A stretch of DNA of 62,000 nt, taken from the NCBI RefSeq assembly GCF_004010195.1, contig NC_057718.1, positions 98,304,518 to 98,366,517 on the forward strand, in the 5' to 3' direction. A program made the translations under genes and the position numbers. Positions 13,121-24,754 of this stretch are shown piece by piece. The DNA is from Chiloscyllium plagiosum. Its lineage: Eukaryota. The notes beneath the pieces were generated by a model, which did not search any database, was not told where the DNA came from, and worked only from the letters and a program-made list of their open reading frames with translations. Numbering within the stretch: position 1 is the first letter of the stretch; every line of letters begins with the position of its first letter.

Positions 13121-16100
13121 ACACAGTCAGTATTTTGATGTCATTAAGAATGAACTCTAAAGTGAACATATTTAACGTCTCTAATTTCCAAATTTGCGGA
13201 TGATATGAAAGCATTGTAAATTGGCGGAAAACATTGTAGATATCCCATATCTAAGGAAGAATGTGCTGGAGTTGGAGGCGATCTGGAAAAAAGTTTACAA
13301 GAACAATCCCGGAGATGAAGGCTTTGTCATATGAGGAGTGGTTGAGGAGTCAGGTTCTGTGTCGTTGGAATTTAGAAAGATGAGGGAGGATCTGATTGAA
13401 ACGTATTGAATACTGAGAGGCCTGGAAAGAGTGAATATGGAGAAGAGGTTTCCACTAGGACTCAGGACCCAAGGGCACATCCTCAGAGTGAAGGGACGAC
13501 CCTTTTGAACTGAGATGAGTAATTTCTTCAGTCAGAGGCTGGTTAATCTGTATCTCAGCACATATGACAATAATAAAACAAATCAAATCAATGGGAGTTC
13601 CTCTCAGCTGCTCTCTCAAATGGTTGAACAAGCCACTCAGATGAAGGCAGCTAGTGATAAGCAATAAATGCTGGCCAGCCATTGACACTCACTTCCCATG
13701 AGTAAACTTTTTCAAAATTTCCCTTTGCTGTTAAGCGACAAATTACAAGACTTGGTTTTCAAAACTTGTCATAATTTTGGGAGTATGGAGTAAAACCTCA
13801 AACTAAACAATGTAATTGGCAACACAAATTTTGGATATTCTATCTTCGATCTTGGGAATATTAGTTGACCGGAGTTCCAAACTTGCAAAAATTGGAGGTC
13901 TCTGTAATTAAGTCACCATTGACAAGAATCCCTAGAAAAAGTATTCAATTTGTAAGAATAGAATCATTTTGCAAAATAATTTTCCTTTAAATCACTGCAG
14001 ATTCTCTTGAAACTTGACTAAAATAAACCATTCTAGACACAACTTTGCTTCTTTTTAAAATTGATGATGAGTGCATTTTCATAAACGTGATAATTTAGAT
14101 ACAAGTGAAGCAGGGTTCTAACCAGCTGTTTGGACCCACAGTAAACCGATGTTTTTTTCTAAAACATGTTTCTCTGTGAGTTTATCTCACTAGAATTATA
14201 ATATTCACTACAGAAGAAAAGGTATCATTATGTGCCCAATTAAACAAAAGTGTCTTTGATCTGTGTTATGAACTTATTTTAATCAGTGGTGGTGAACTTG
14301 GATTTACATGCAGGAACTGTCAGGTAGCATGTATTTGTTAAGGAGCACTTAAAATTCTGAATATTAATACCTTTGTTGTTGAATATGCTTTAGTTTGGTG
14401 CTGCTAGGATACCAGATCTCTTTTTTTTTAAATAGACCCTCTTATAATTGACCAAGCAATGTAGCTGATTACTATGCCGCAATCCACCTTCACAAGACAC
14501 CATAAACTCAATGTCATACAAAACAGCTTTACAACAGATTGTAACAGAATATGCTATCAGATGTTGGCAATATAAAATTGAACATAGAGTGCTAGAATTA
14601 AGATTTGCACTTACCAGTGTTCTGCAGTGTTCTCCACTAAGCTTATTAAAGCACGGTTCAAATCTCAGGGGGACTAGGTGGTAATGCTGTCCTAAAATTA
14701 GATGGCATTTTGGTCTCTTAAATATATCCAGTATAATATCCACATAATTTTATATTAATTAAATGACTTTCCTTCAAAGAAAAGGCAGTTTCTACTGCTA
14801 ATTTTTTCCCTGTGATTTATGTAACATTCAATTTGTGATCGGCAGTGAGATGCATACATTTGAGGAACATTCTCTGTTAAATGTGCTGCTACAGAAGTGA
14901 TAGTGATATCTTTGCAGAGTACTGAGAATTTCACAGGGCAATTTAAAGCAGATATGGGCATTTTAAATTTAAATAGCTCTTCATGGTTTTATTATCCAAA
15001 AAGGTTTTGAGACGAAAGTTGAGTTGGTAAAGATTGATGCAAATTTTAATATAGAATGTCACATGTACTAAAAGAAAATAGTTCCAATACTGTCACAGTC
15101 AACTGTCCAAAGATAAGTAACAATTTTAATTTCCCTTTTAAAACAAAAGCAAAATTGCCTGCTTAAGAATGATGTAATTCATATCACTTTGAGGATACCA
15201 TTTTAATTTTGGAAAAAAATATTAAATATCAATAACATAGGCATAACAGAAAATGCATTTGTGCATTGAATCTATGAATCTGGCTAGAAAGTTACAAAAT
15301 CTCTCATGGCCTTGTCTGCAAAATAACATTGGATGAAGCATTATAAATTTAGATTAGATGGAGTTCAGAAATTCTGTCAGTTCTCATGTCTCCTTGAGAC
15401 TTCTCCTAATGAGATAGTCAATGGGCTTCATAATAATTCAATAGGTTTTCTACCAGGTAGGATCATCTTTAAACACATTGGCAACAACAAAAGTTTGTAC
15501 TCATAAAACACCTTTCATGTAACAGAATTTGCCAAGCTAAGTATGAGGGTTAGTGGCCAAAAAAGAGAGAGTGCAAAGCCTTATTGAATATTGCTACAAA
15601 GAGAGGCATGATGCTAAAGATTGCACCCATTAGGACACATGCAAGAATACTAATTTCAAGCAATCACAATAATTGGAACTACATGAGAAAATACTGATGA
15701 TTGGTTGACTAATCAACTCTGATTGGCTGAGGTCTCACCATGAAGAAAGCAATTTGAAAGCATAAGCTTCCCAAGCTCTCTGGTACTTAAGGAAGATGCA
15801 ACACTTCATCTTAATCCTTCTTGTCAAGACCATGCATTTGAAAGTATGAAACTCCCAGCAAATGGGAATGAGCCGTGTTCCAAACTTGACTGAAGCAGTT
15901 AGCACCTTGAAGATTGTTCAGCAAGTGCAGCCCAACCACAGAATTCTATTTAATAGTAGGAGTTCTATTTTAACTTTTCCAGACGTGCACTAATTGAGCG
16001 TGGTCTGTACTCTTAATATCAACAAGCTAAGAAACATGCTACAATATCAGCTACAAATACATGGACCACATATCTGGCATCACACCGGCAAATGGAAGTC

Positions 16101-16829
16101 TTACATTACATTGACTAATTGTGGGGTAAGCAGGATATCTTCAGCAACATGTTTCTTTTCAGCAATATTGAAGTTTCATATCATGAATGCCCTAATCCTC
16201 TTCTTTGTCTACACCCTGGACAGGATGCCCCTCTCGAGTGTCCGAATGGAGGAGGGCATAAGGGAAAGACTATTATTATTATTTTTTGCAGGAGGTCTTG
16301 ACATACAGTGGTAGTCAGTGGCAAGAAGTCTCAAGGTTCAAGTCCCCCCTCAGGATATGATGTCCGTGGTGGTGTGTCACAATGTGCCCAACAGTTTGAT
16401 CGACTTCTTACTTAGTGCACCGCCTGCCCCCACCCTCCATGCTCCAGGATGGTCTTTCTGTTGTGCCTTCCTGCATTCAGAGACTCGAGAGATGTAACCA
16501 ATCCATGGGGGTAGATCAATACCAACATGATGGTGATAATGGAACTATAGCACTATCAACTAGATTCTACACTCTCAACCCAGACCCTGATATGGACACA
16601 GTGTGTACAGCTCAGAGCTGAACATGGGCAAGTTGACAACCTTAAGTGCACTATAGTTAGAGCAGGCAGGAGGAATGGCACCAATACCAGCTCAGCTCAG
16701 GGCAAGTTGACTCCCAGGCTCTGGTGCAAAGGACTCGTGTGAGTATTTTCAGAAAGGGCGGGTTTTAATTCATACATTTGGTTCAGTGTGTCTATTTTGC
16801 AGTGGCCTTTATTTTCTCATTGTGGTCCC

Positions 16830-18065
16830 CAGTGAATGAACAGGGATGTCTTGCTGCAATTATGCAGTGCCTTGGTGACACCACACCTGGAATATTGTGT
16901 ATCATTTTGACCTCCTTTATCTGAGGAAGGATGTTCTAGCTATGGAGGGATTGCAGCGAACGTTTACCAGACAGAATCTTGGTATGGCAGGACTGATGGG
17001 TGATGAGATACTGCATTGGTTCTGACTATATTCACTGGAGTCTAGACAAATGAGGACGGAGATCATAGAAACCTATAGAATTTGAACAGGACTATTTAGA
17101 GTGAATGCAGGAAGTTTATTCCCAGTGACCAAGGAATCTAGAGTCAGGGATCACAATCTTACAATATGCGATAGACCATTTAGGGCTGAGATGAGCAGAA
17201 ATTTCTCCACCCAAAGACTGGTGATCCTGTGGAATTCTCTACCATAGAAAGTGATTGAGGCTAAAACACTGAATGTTCTCAAGAAGGAGTTGGATGCAGT
17301 TCATGGCCTGAAGGGATCAAAGGGTATAGGGAACAGGGAAACTGAGCCCTGATCATAATGAATGACAGAGCAGACCCGAAGGGCCGAATGGCCTACTTGT
17401 GCTCCTACTTTTTAATGTTTCTGCGATGGACAATGACAAAGGGAAGCTGTGAATTGCTTTAATTTGCTTTTTGAGCTTTCATTTAGCCTCATTGGAAGGT
17501 GTGGGAGAATGAGGCAGAATTCTCCAGAATTTAGAAGGTTAAGGGGTTTTCAAGATGTTAACAGGGAAAGACAGGGTAGATAAAGCTTAATTATTTCCAC
17601 TGAATGGGTTTATAGAACTAAGGGCGTAGTCTAAAAATTATGTTAAAAATCACACAACACCAGGTTGTATGATGAAGGAGCAGCGCTCCAAAAGCTCGTA
17701 CTTCCAAATAAACCTGATGGACTATAGCCTGGTGTTGTGTGATTTTTAACTTTGTCCACCCCAGTCCAACACTGGCGCCTCCACATCATGTCTAAGAATT
17801 ATGGCCAGGCCATTCAGGAGAAATGTCAGAAAGCGCTTCCACACAAAAGAGTAGTGGGGGTTTAGAATTCTCATCCTCAAACAGCGGTTGATGCTAATTC
17901 AGTTGTGAAATTTAAATTTGAGATAGACATGTTTTTATTAATCAAGGGTATTAAGGGATTTTGCCCCAAGGCATGTATTTAGAGTCAGCCCACACATCAG
18001 CCATGATCTTATTGAATGGCAGGAACAGGCTCAAAGGGCTGAATGGCCTACTGCTGTTCCTAGAA
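16830..18065 (+). mobile_element. Two decayed CR1 3' fragments; the second is interrupted by a PLE fold-back (17642-17789)
   Basis: ccacacctggaatattgtgt (PHLEYC) and two gaatggcctact 3' UTR ends at about 17390 and 18045. Confidence 0.7.
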
Positions 18066-18229
18066 AATATAAATGGGAAGTGAGTGAAAGCTCAGGGAAC
18101 ATGCTTATAGACTGAGCAGAGGCGTTCAGAGAGTGGTCTTGTATTTTGGGTTTGGAATCCCTGGTGTAGAGGAGACTGCGTCCTGTACTGTGAACATCAT
18201 TGACCTGGCTTCTTGTGTTCATGTTACAG

Positions 18230-18331
18230 ACTGAGCAAAGAGATGCGGGCTAACCAGGCAAAGAGCTCCATGGAGAACAGTAAAGCCATAAGCCAGGATA
18301 AAAGCATCAAAAACAAAGCTGAAAGGGAAAG
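18230..18331 (+). CDS. PLCB4: PLCB4 internal coding exon ([34 protein letters not shown]), GC donor
   Basis: Acceptor ttcatgttacag|A; 102 nt, phase 2 to phase 2; donor AG|gcaagt. Near-identical to recalled human [33 protein letters not shown]. Confidence 0.95.
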
Positions 18332-18619
18332 GCAAGTTGTCTTCTTCGTAAACAAAATCAGAAAAAAAAATATTGATTCATGTTTTTATAAATGCGTGAT
18401 GCTCACCCTTTTTCAGGATGGTGTCCTTCTATCTATCCTTACACAGTTGCTGAATTAACAAAATTCCCTTGTGTTCTTTCAGGTTTATAAGAATACAATA
18501 ATTCTGATCATTGTTCTGTACTCTTAAATTTAATGTGAGATTTCAAATTAATGATGCTTCACAGTACAGTACCATCTATTACTATGCTGGTTTCTGAATG
18601 TCGTCATCTTGTACTTGTT

Positions 18620-18870
18620 ATCTCTCAAGTTGATTATTGCAGTGTTTCCCTGACCAGCCTCCCCGCCTTACACCGTCCATAAACATCCATTTGAGACTCT
18701 ACTGTCCATGCCCTGTTCTGACTTGAACCAACTCTGGTCACTCATTGTCCATGTCCGTTGGCCAACACTGGCCCCTCACTCCAGCAATGCCAAAAATTTA
18801 GAATTCTCATCCCTTTGTTCAAACCCATAAGTGGTATCACCACTCCCTACTTCTGTAACCTTCTCCATCT
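18620..18870 (+). mobile_element. L2 LINE C-terminal ORF2 fragment
   Basis: QQCQKFRILIPLFKPISGITTPYFCNLL resembles the L2 motif RI.FKIL.LVFK.LHGLAPPYL..LL. Confidence 0.65.
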
Positions 18871-19930
18871 GTCCACCACTCCCTACATCTGGAACCTTCT
18901 CCATCTGTCACCACTCCCTACATCTGGAACCTCCTCCATCTGTCCACCACTCCCTACATCTGTAACCTTCTCCATCTGTCCACCACTCCCTATGTCTGTA
19001 ACCTTCTCTATCTGTCCACCACTCCCTACTTCTGTAATCTTCTCCATCTGTCCACCAATCCCTGCATCTGTAACCTTCTCCATCTGTCCACCACTCCCTA
19101 CTTCTGTAACCTTCTCCATCTGTCCACCATTCCCTATGTCTGGAACCTTCTCCATCTGTCCACCATTCCCTACGTCTGGAACCTTCTCTATCTGTCCACC
19201 ACTCCCTACATCTGGAACCTTCTCCATCTGTCCACCATTCCCTACGTCTGGAACCTTCTCCATCTGTCCACCATTCCCTACGTGTGGGACCTTCTCCATC
19301 TGTCCATCACTCCCTATGTCTGGAACCTTCTCTATCTGTCCACCAATCTCTACGTCAGGAACCTTCTCCAACTGTCCACCATTCCCTACGTGTGGAACCT
19401 TCTCCATCTGTCCATCACTCCCTATGTCTGGAACCTTCTCTATCTGTCCACCATTCCCTACGTGTGGAACCTTCTCCATCTGTCCACCACTCCCTACGTC
19501 TGGAACCTTCTCCATCTGTCCACCAATCCCTACGTCTGTAATCTTCTCCACCTGTCCACCAATCCCTGCATCTGTAACCTTTTCCATCTGTCCACCACTC
19601 CCTACGTCTGTAACCTTCCTCATCTGTCCACCACTCCCTACATTTGGAATCTTCTCCATCTGTCCACCACTCCCTACATCTGGAATCTTCTCCATCTGTC
19701 CACCACTCCCTACATCTGGAATCTTCTCCATCTGTCCATCGCTCCCTACATCTGGAATCTTCTCCATCTGTCCACCATTCCCTACGTCTGGAACCTTCTC
19801 CATCTGTCCATCGCTCCCTACATCTGGAACCTTCTCCATCTGTCCACCATTCCCTACATCTGGAACCTTCTCCATCTGTCCATCACTCCCTATGTCTAGA
19901 ACCTTCTCTATCTGTCCACCACTCCCTACA
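18838..19930 (+). repeat. 36-bp minisatellite, about 30 copies
   Basis: Consensus tccatctgtccacca(c/t)tccctac(a/g)tctggaaccttc; gives 12-aa periodic ORFs in several frames. Confidence 0.97.
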
Positions 19931-20034
19931 TAACTGTAGGGAATAGTAACTGTATATTATTATTTCGCACAAGACGTTTTAAAATATTTGCTTTGTTCGA
20001 TTACCTTTTGCCTTTGTTAATTGATTTGTAATCA

Positions 20035-20331
20035 TAGGATCCCTACAGTGCAGAAAGAGATCCCTGAAAAGCTTCCCATCCAGATCCACCCCATCCCCGT
20101 AAACGCCGTTTAAAATGGCTGGCCCATCTAACCTCCCTGAATATTATGGGGCAGGATTTTTTAAGCATGGCCAATCCACCCTAACCTGCAAAGCTTTAGG
20201 GCTGGAAGATAAAGCCTTCACAGACACGGGGACAATTTGTGATCTCCACATAGTCACCCAAGACTGGAATTGAACCCAGGTCCCTGGTGCTGTGAGGCAG
20301 AAATGCTAACCACTGAGCCCACCATGCTGCC
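20035..20331 (-). mobile_element. HE1-type V-SINE, decayed
   Basis: Reverse tRNA head (gaattgaacccaggtccctggtgctgtgaggcag..gctaaccactgagc) and remnant V-domain. Confidence 0.75.
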
Positions 20332-20672
20332 TGTAAAGAAAATAAAAGCAGAAAACTGCGGATCTCAAACAAATAAGATCAGAGAGTTTGGAGAAGCTCT
20401 GCAGATCTGGAAGCAATTGGAGAGAGAGGAGCACTAACGTTTTGATTTTTGTGGAGAATTTTAGGATTTGCATTTTGCTTCCTGAATTCTACAGGCTGAT
20501 ATTGATAATAAGATAATTTAATTAAATTTAATTCAGAGGAAATTTTAGTTTCAGTGCATTATAGCCTAGATGACGCTGTTGAGACAACTGATCAGAACCT
20601 GAATGTATTTCAGTGGCACGTTTCAAAGATGTCAAAAGCCTCGGCAAATGTTTTAATGTTTTTGATTTCCAG

Positions 20673-20730
20673 GCGAGTCCGGGAGCTGAACAGCAGCAAC
20701 ACTAAAAAATTCCTGGAGGAAAGGAAACGG
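20673..20730 (+). CDS. PLCB4: PLCB4 internal coding exon (RVRELNSSNTKKFLEERKR)
   Basis: Acceptor tttttgatttccag|G; donor CGG|gtatgt; 58 nt. Peptide matches recalled human sequence and phases fit both neighbours. Confidence 0.96.
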
Positions 20731-20819
20731 GTATGTCACTGCATATTTCCGCACATACGTAATACAATTGATTCTGTGTTATAGCAATAATTTGGCAGTG
20801 ATTTTTATGCGGATCATTG

Positions 20820-21010
20820 GAAGAAGTGGATGATCGACCTATCACATTCCCAGCTACCTTCCCCACAGCCCCCCCCCCTTCCATTTATCTCTCAGCCCCC
20901 TTGGCCAACAAGCCTCATTCCTGATGATGGGCTTATGCCCGAAACGTTGATTCTCCTGCTCCTCGGATGCTGCCTGACCTGCTGTGCTTTTCCAGCACCA
21001 CCCACTCGAC
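20820..21010 (+). mobile_element. Penelope-like terminal repeat fragment with hammerhead core
   Basis: Same sequence family as the PLE end at 42238-42555; lies 90 bp downstream of the exon 20673-20730 donor. Confidence 0.75.
20921..20948 (+). ncRNA. Minimal hammerhead ribozyme core
   Basis: CTGATGA-T-GGGC(TTAT)GCCC-GAAA-CG-TT; palindromic ACGT stem III; stem I only partly paired. Confidence 0.65.
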
Positions 21011-21514
21011 TATAAGTTAGCCAGTCCCCGGTCATGAGCTTCCTTATACACTATAGCAACTGAAAGTGCTGGAAAAACTCAAATTCACCACAAAAAGCAA
21101 ATGATCTGTTCAAAGCCCCTGATTTGCATGTCGGTTTTTGGTTAAGGACAAGGTTTTTGGAGGGATTCCCGTCACAAGGTCCAGGGAGATTTCTTGTCAT
21201 ATCTTACCAGCCACACACCATCCTGGCTTGGATATGTATTGCCAGTTCCATCAAGTCCTAAAACACCAGAATGCTACCTTGATCAACTGGGCTGCAATGG
21301 TTCAATATAGTAGCTCACCTCCACTCTTTAGGAAGAATGGTGTGGATATTTTCTATTCAACCTGTTCAGACATTCCTCTGGAGCGGTGGGGGCAAGCCTT
21401 GAACCCTGCTTTCTTTGTCCAGAAGTAGGGGCATTAATACTGTGCTGACCTGGCCAGCAATTCTCACATTCCGATGAATTTAAAGAAAGACCACACAGTT
21501 TTCTATTTCTGGTA

Positions 21515-21990
21515 TTTCGTGCAATTCCGGTCTCCCTCCTATTGGAACTTGAAAGGGTTCAGGAAAGATTTGCAAGGATGTTGCCGGAGTTGGAGGGTTT
21601 GAGCTATAGGGAGAGGCTGAACAGGCTGGGGCTGTTTTCCCTGGAGCGTCGAAGGCTGAGGGGTGACCTCTTAGAGGTTTATAAAATCATGAGGGGCATG
21701 GATAGGGTAAATAGGTAAGAAAAATTTAAAAGAGACCGATGGGGAAACTTTTTCATGCAGAGGATGGTGTGTATATGGAATGAGCGGCTAGAGAAAATGA
21801 TGGAGGCTAGTACAATTACATAAATTAAAAGGCATCTGGATGGGTATATGAATAGGAGGGGTTGAGAGGGATATGGGCCAAGTACTGGCAAATAGGACTA
21901 GATTAAATTAGGACATCTGGTTGGAATGGATAAGTTGGGCCAAAGAGTGTGTTTCCTGCTGTACATCCCTATAACGCTATGACTCTATGA
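21515..21990 (+). mobile_element. CR1 LINE 3' fragment
   Basis: Clear similarity to the CR1 copy at 7820-8577; tail ctatgactctatga. Confidence 0.88.
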
Positions 21991-23369
21991 TATCTCACAC
22001 ATCCCAATTCTCTTTTGTATCCAGCTGTCCAGCTGTCTATCCCTCAGGAGTCCCTTTCTAAACCTCATTAACTCCCTCCTCCTTTCAGTCATTCCTTAAA
22101 ATACACCTCTTTCACCCGGCATTTGGTCACCTGTTCAAATACCTCCTTATGCAACTCAAGGTCACATGTTGTCTAAAAAAGCTCCTGTGAAGCATCTGGG
22201 GCATATTACTAGATTTGAAGTACAACGAGATTAGGAATTGTCGTTGGTTTTTGATGTAGGAGGATCTTCCTCCAGTTTGTGTTGACTTTAATTGGAATGT
22301 TATAGAAGCTCAAAGAGGAAGAACATGGAATGGGACAGATTAGGACATTGGGTAGTGAAGATAGTACCTTCCAACAGAACAGAGATGCTCAGAAAGCAAT
22401 CGGTAAATCCACCTTTGCATCATGTGCACTGAAGGCAGCATACTAGATTGAAACAAGTATAAGTGAATTTATAAATGATGGGAACAGATGGATAAGTTGA
22501 GAGAAACTACTCCTGCTTGAGGAAAATCTAGGACATGAAGATGAAAGTCAAGAAGTTAGTGCCAGGAGTGAGTAATAAAATCAAATGGAGATCTCAAATA
22601 GAAACAAAAGTGCTGGAAAACTTTTAACAGACCTGACAGCTTCTGTGGAGAAAGAAAACGATAAGGTTTTGAGTTCTATGTGTTCCTTCATCAGATCCAC
22701 TCTGGAGAAGTCATGTTGGACTCAAAAAGGTCCTCTTTCTCTTTCCACAGCCAGTTCTGCTGAGCTTTTTCAGCATTTCTGTTTCGTTTCTAAACTGACA
22801 TCAAAAACTAAAGACAAAGTTAGAAACCCCTTTTTCGCACTAAAGGTGGTAGCAATTTCTTCTGCAAGTATCAGTTGATGTTCGACCCATTGTTATTATT
22901 AAGACAGCGCACACTAGGGTTTTTGTCAGCCAGAGATATCAAGGGATATAGTGCAAAAGTGGTTTGGTCACAGGATCAGCCATTGTCTCATTGAATGGCA
23001 GACCAGGCTCTGAGGGGCTAAATAGCTTCCTCCAGTTCTTATCTACCTGAATACGGAATGTGTGAGGTCTCAGTGTGGCAGACAGCATTATCAAAATATT
23101 TTCTGCTTATAGTTCAGCAGAACCTCTGGTATACCATGCCTGGCTAGTGTCCAGCAGATAGCCCTAAAGAAAGTTAACCTTTGCATTTCTCTCAATTGCC
23201 TTCAAGACTATGAAGCTTGCTTTTTTTCATTCAGGGGATGAGGGCATGCTAGTCCAGCATTTATTGCCCATCCCTCCTTGCCCAAAGGGCAGTTAAGTGT
23301 CAACCATGTTGCAGTGGGTCTGGAGTCATGTACAGAACAGACCAGGGAAGGATGGCAGATTTCCTTCCC

Positions 23370-24090
23370 TGACACCAAAATTGGAGGTGTAGTGGACAGC
23401 GAAGAGGGATACCTCAGATTACAACAGGATCTTGACCAGATGGGCCAATAGACTGAGAAGTGGCAGATGCAGTCTAATTCAGATAAATGCAAGGTGCTGC
23501 ATTTTGGGAAAGCAAATCTTAGCAAGACTTATACACTTAATGATGAGGTCCTAGGGAGTGTTGCTGAACAAAGAGACCTTGGAGTGCAGGTTCATAGCTC
23601 CTTGAAAGTGGAGTTGCAGGCAGACAGGATAGTGAAGAAGGTGTTTGGTTTGAGCTATAGGGAGAGGCTAAACAGGCTGGGTCTGTTTTCCCTGGAGTGT
23701 TGGAGGCTGAGGGGTGACCTTATAGAGGTTTACAAAATTATGAGGGGCATGGATAAGGTAAATAGGCAAAGCCTTTTCCCTTGGGTTGGGGAGTCCAGAA
23801 TAGAGGGCATAGGTTTATGGTGAGAAGGGAAAGATATAAAAGAGACCTAAGGGGCAACTGTTTCACACAGAGGGTGGTACAGGTATGGAATGAGCTGCCA
23901 AAGGAAGTGGTGGAGGCTGGTACAATTGCAACACTTATGAGGCATTTGGATGGGTATATGAATAGGAATGATTTGGAGGCATATAGGCCGGGTGCTGGCA
24001 GGTGGGACTAGATTGGGTTGGGATATCTGGTCAGCATGGACGGGTTGGACCGAAGGGTCTGTTTCCATGCTGTACATCTCTATGACTCTA
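23370..24090 (+). mobile_element. CR1 LINE nested in a family-2 SINE
   Basis: DTKIGG...KCKVLHFG...RGDLIEVYKIM. The host SINE breaks at gatttccttccctga (23371) and resumes at acattagtgaaccagatg (24096). Confidence 0.9.
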
Positions 24091-24667
24091 TAAGTACATT
24101 AGTGAACCAGATGTGATTTACCAACAATTGGCAATGGATTCATGGTCATCATCAGACTCATAATTCCAGATTTTTATTGAATTCATTTTCCACCATCTGA
24201 CATGGAGGGATTTGAATCCAGGTCCTCAGATGATGAAGTAGGTCTCTGGATTAATAGTCCAATGATAATACCAGTAGACCATCCCCCTACTTTAATGCTT
24301 GAATCAAGCTGTGGCTTTAGGTATTCAGCAGGATCAGAACTACTATAAGCTTAGTCTTATTTTAACAAAATTATTTGTGGTTAATTTTGTGGTGATGTAT
24401 TAATTAAGTAAATAATTATGTATTAATTACAGAAGTCACTGCCAGTTATTTTTACATAATGGGCTATATATTTTGCTTTTCCCGTTCACTAATTTTATTG
24501 GAAAGTCAATCATGAGTGTGATGCAAAAACAAATTTTGGGCGTTATAGTGCAGACGGTCTGTCCGATAAATGTGCAAAAACTGTTTATAGATGACGGAAA
24601 AAAATTTAAATCCTGCAATAAATACTTCTTGTGCAACATAACTGCAATGTTTGCTTTTCTTTCATAG

Positions 24668-24754
24668 CTTGCAATGAAGCAATCCAAGGAAATGGACCAA
24701 TTAAAGAAAGCTCAGCTTGAACAGCTGGAAGGCTTGGAGAGACAGAATGATCAG
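24668..24754 (+). CDS. PLCB4: PLCB4 internal coding exon ([29 protein letters not shown])
   Basis: Acceptor gcttttctttcatag|CTT; donor CAG|gtagta; 87 nt, phase 0 to phase 0. Matches recalled human [29 protein letters not shown]. Confidence 0.96.

Noticed and set aside
18838..19930. CRISPR-like array (36-bp repeats)
   Set aside because: Units are directly adjacent with no unique spacers; eukaryotic context; no cas genes.
18758..19946. 391-aa, 330-aa and 205-aa repetitive ORFs suggesting a novel repeat protein
   Set aside because: They result from a 36-bp unit lacking stops in several frames on both strands, sit in a PLCB4 intron and have no splice or promoter support.
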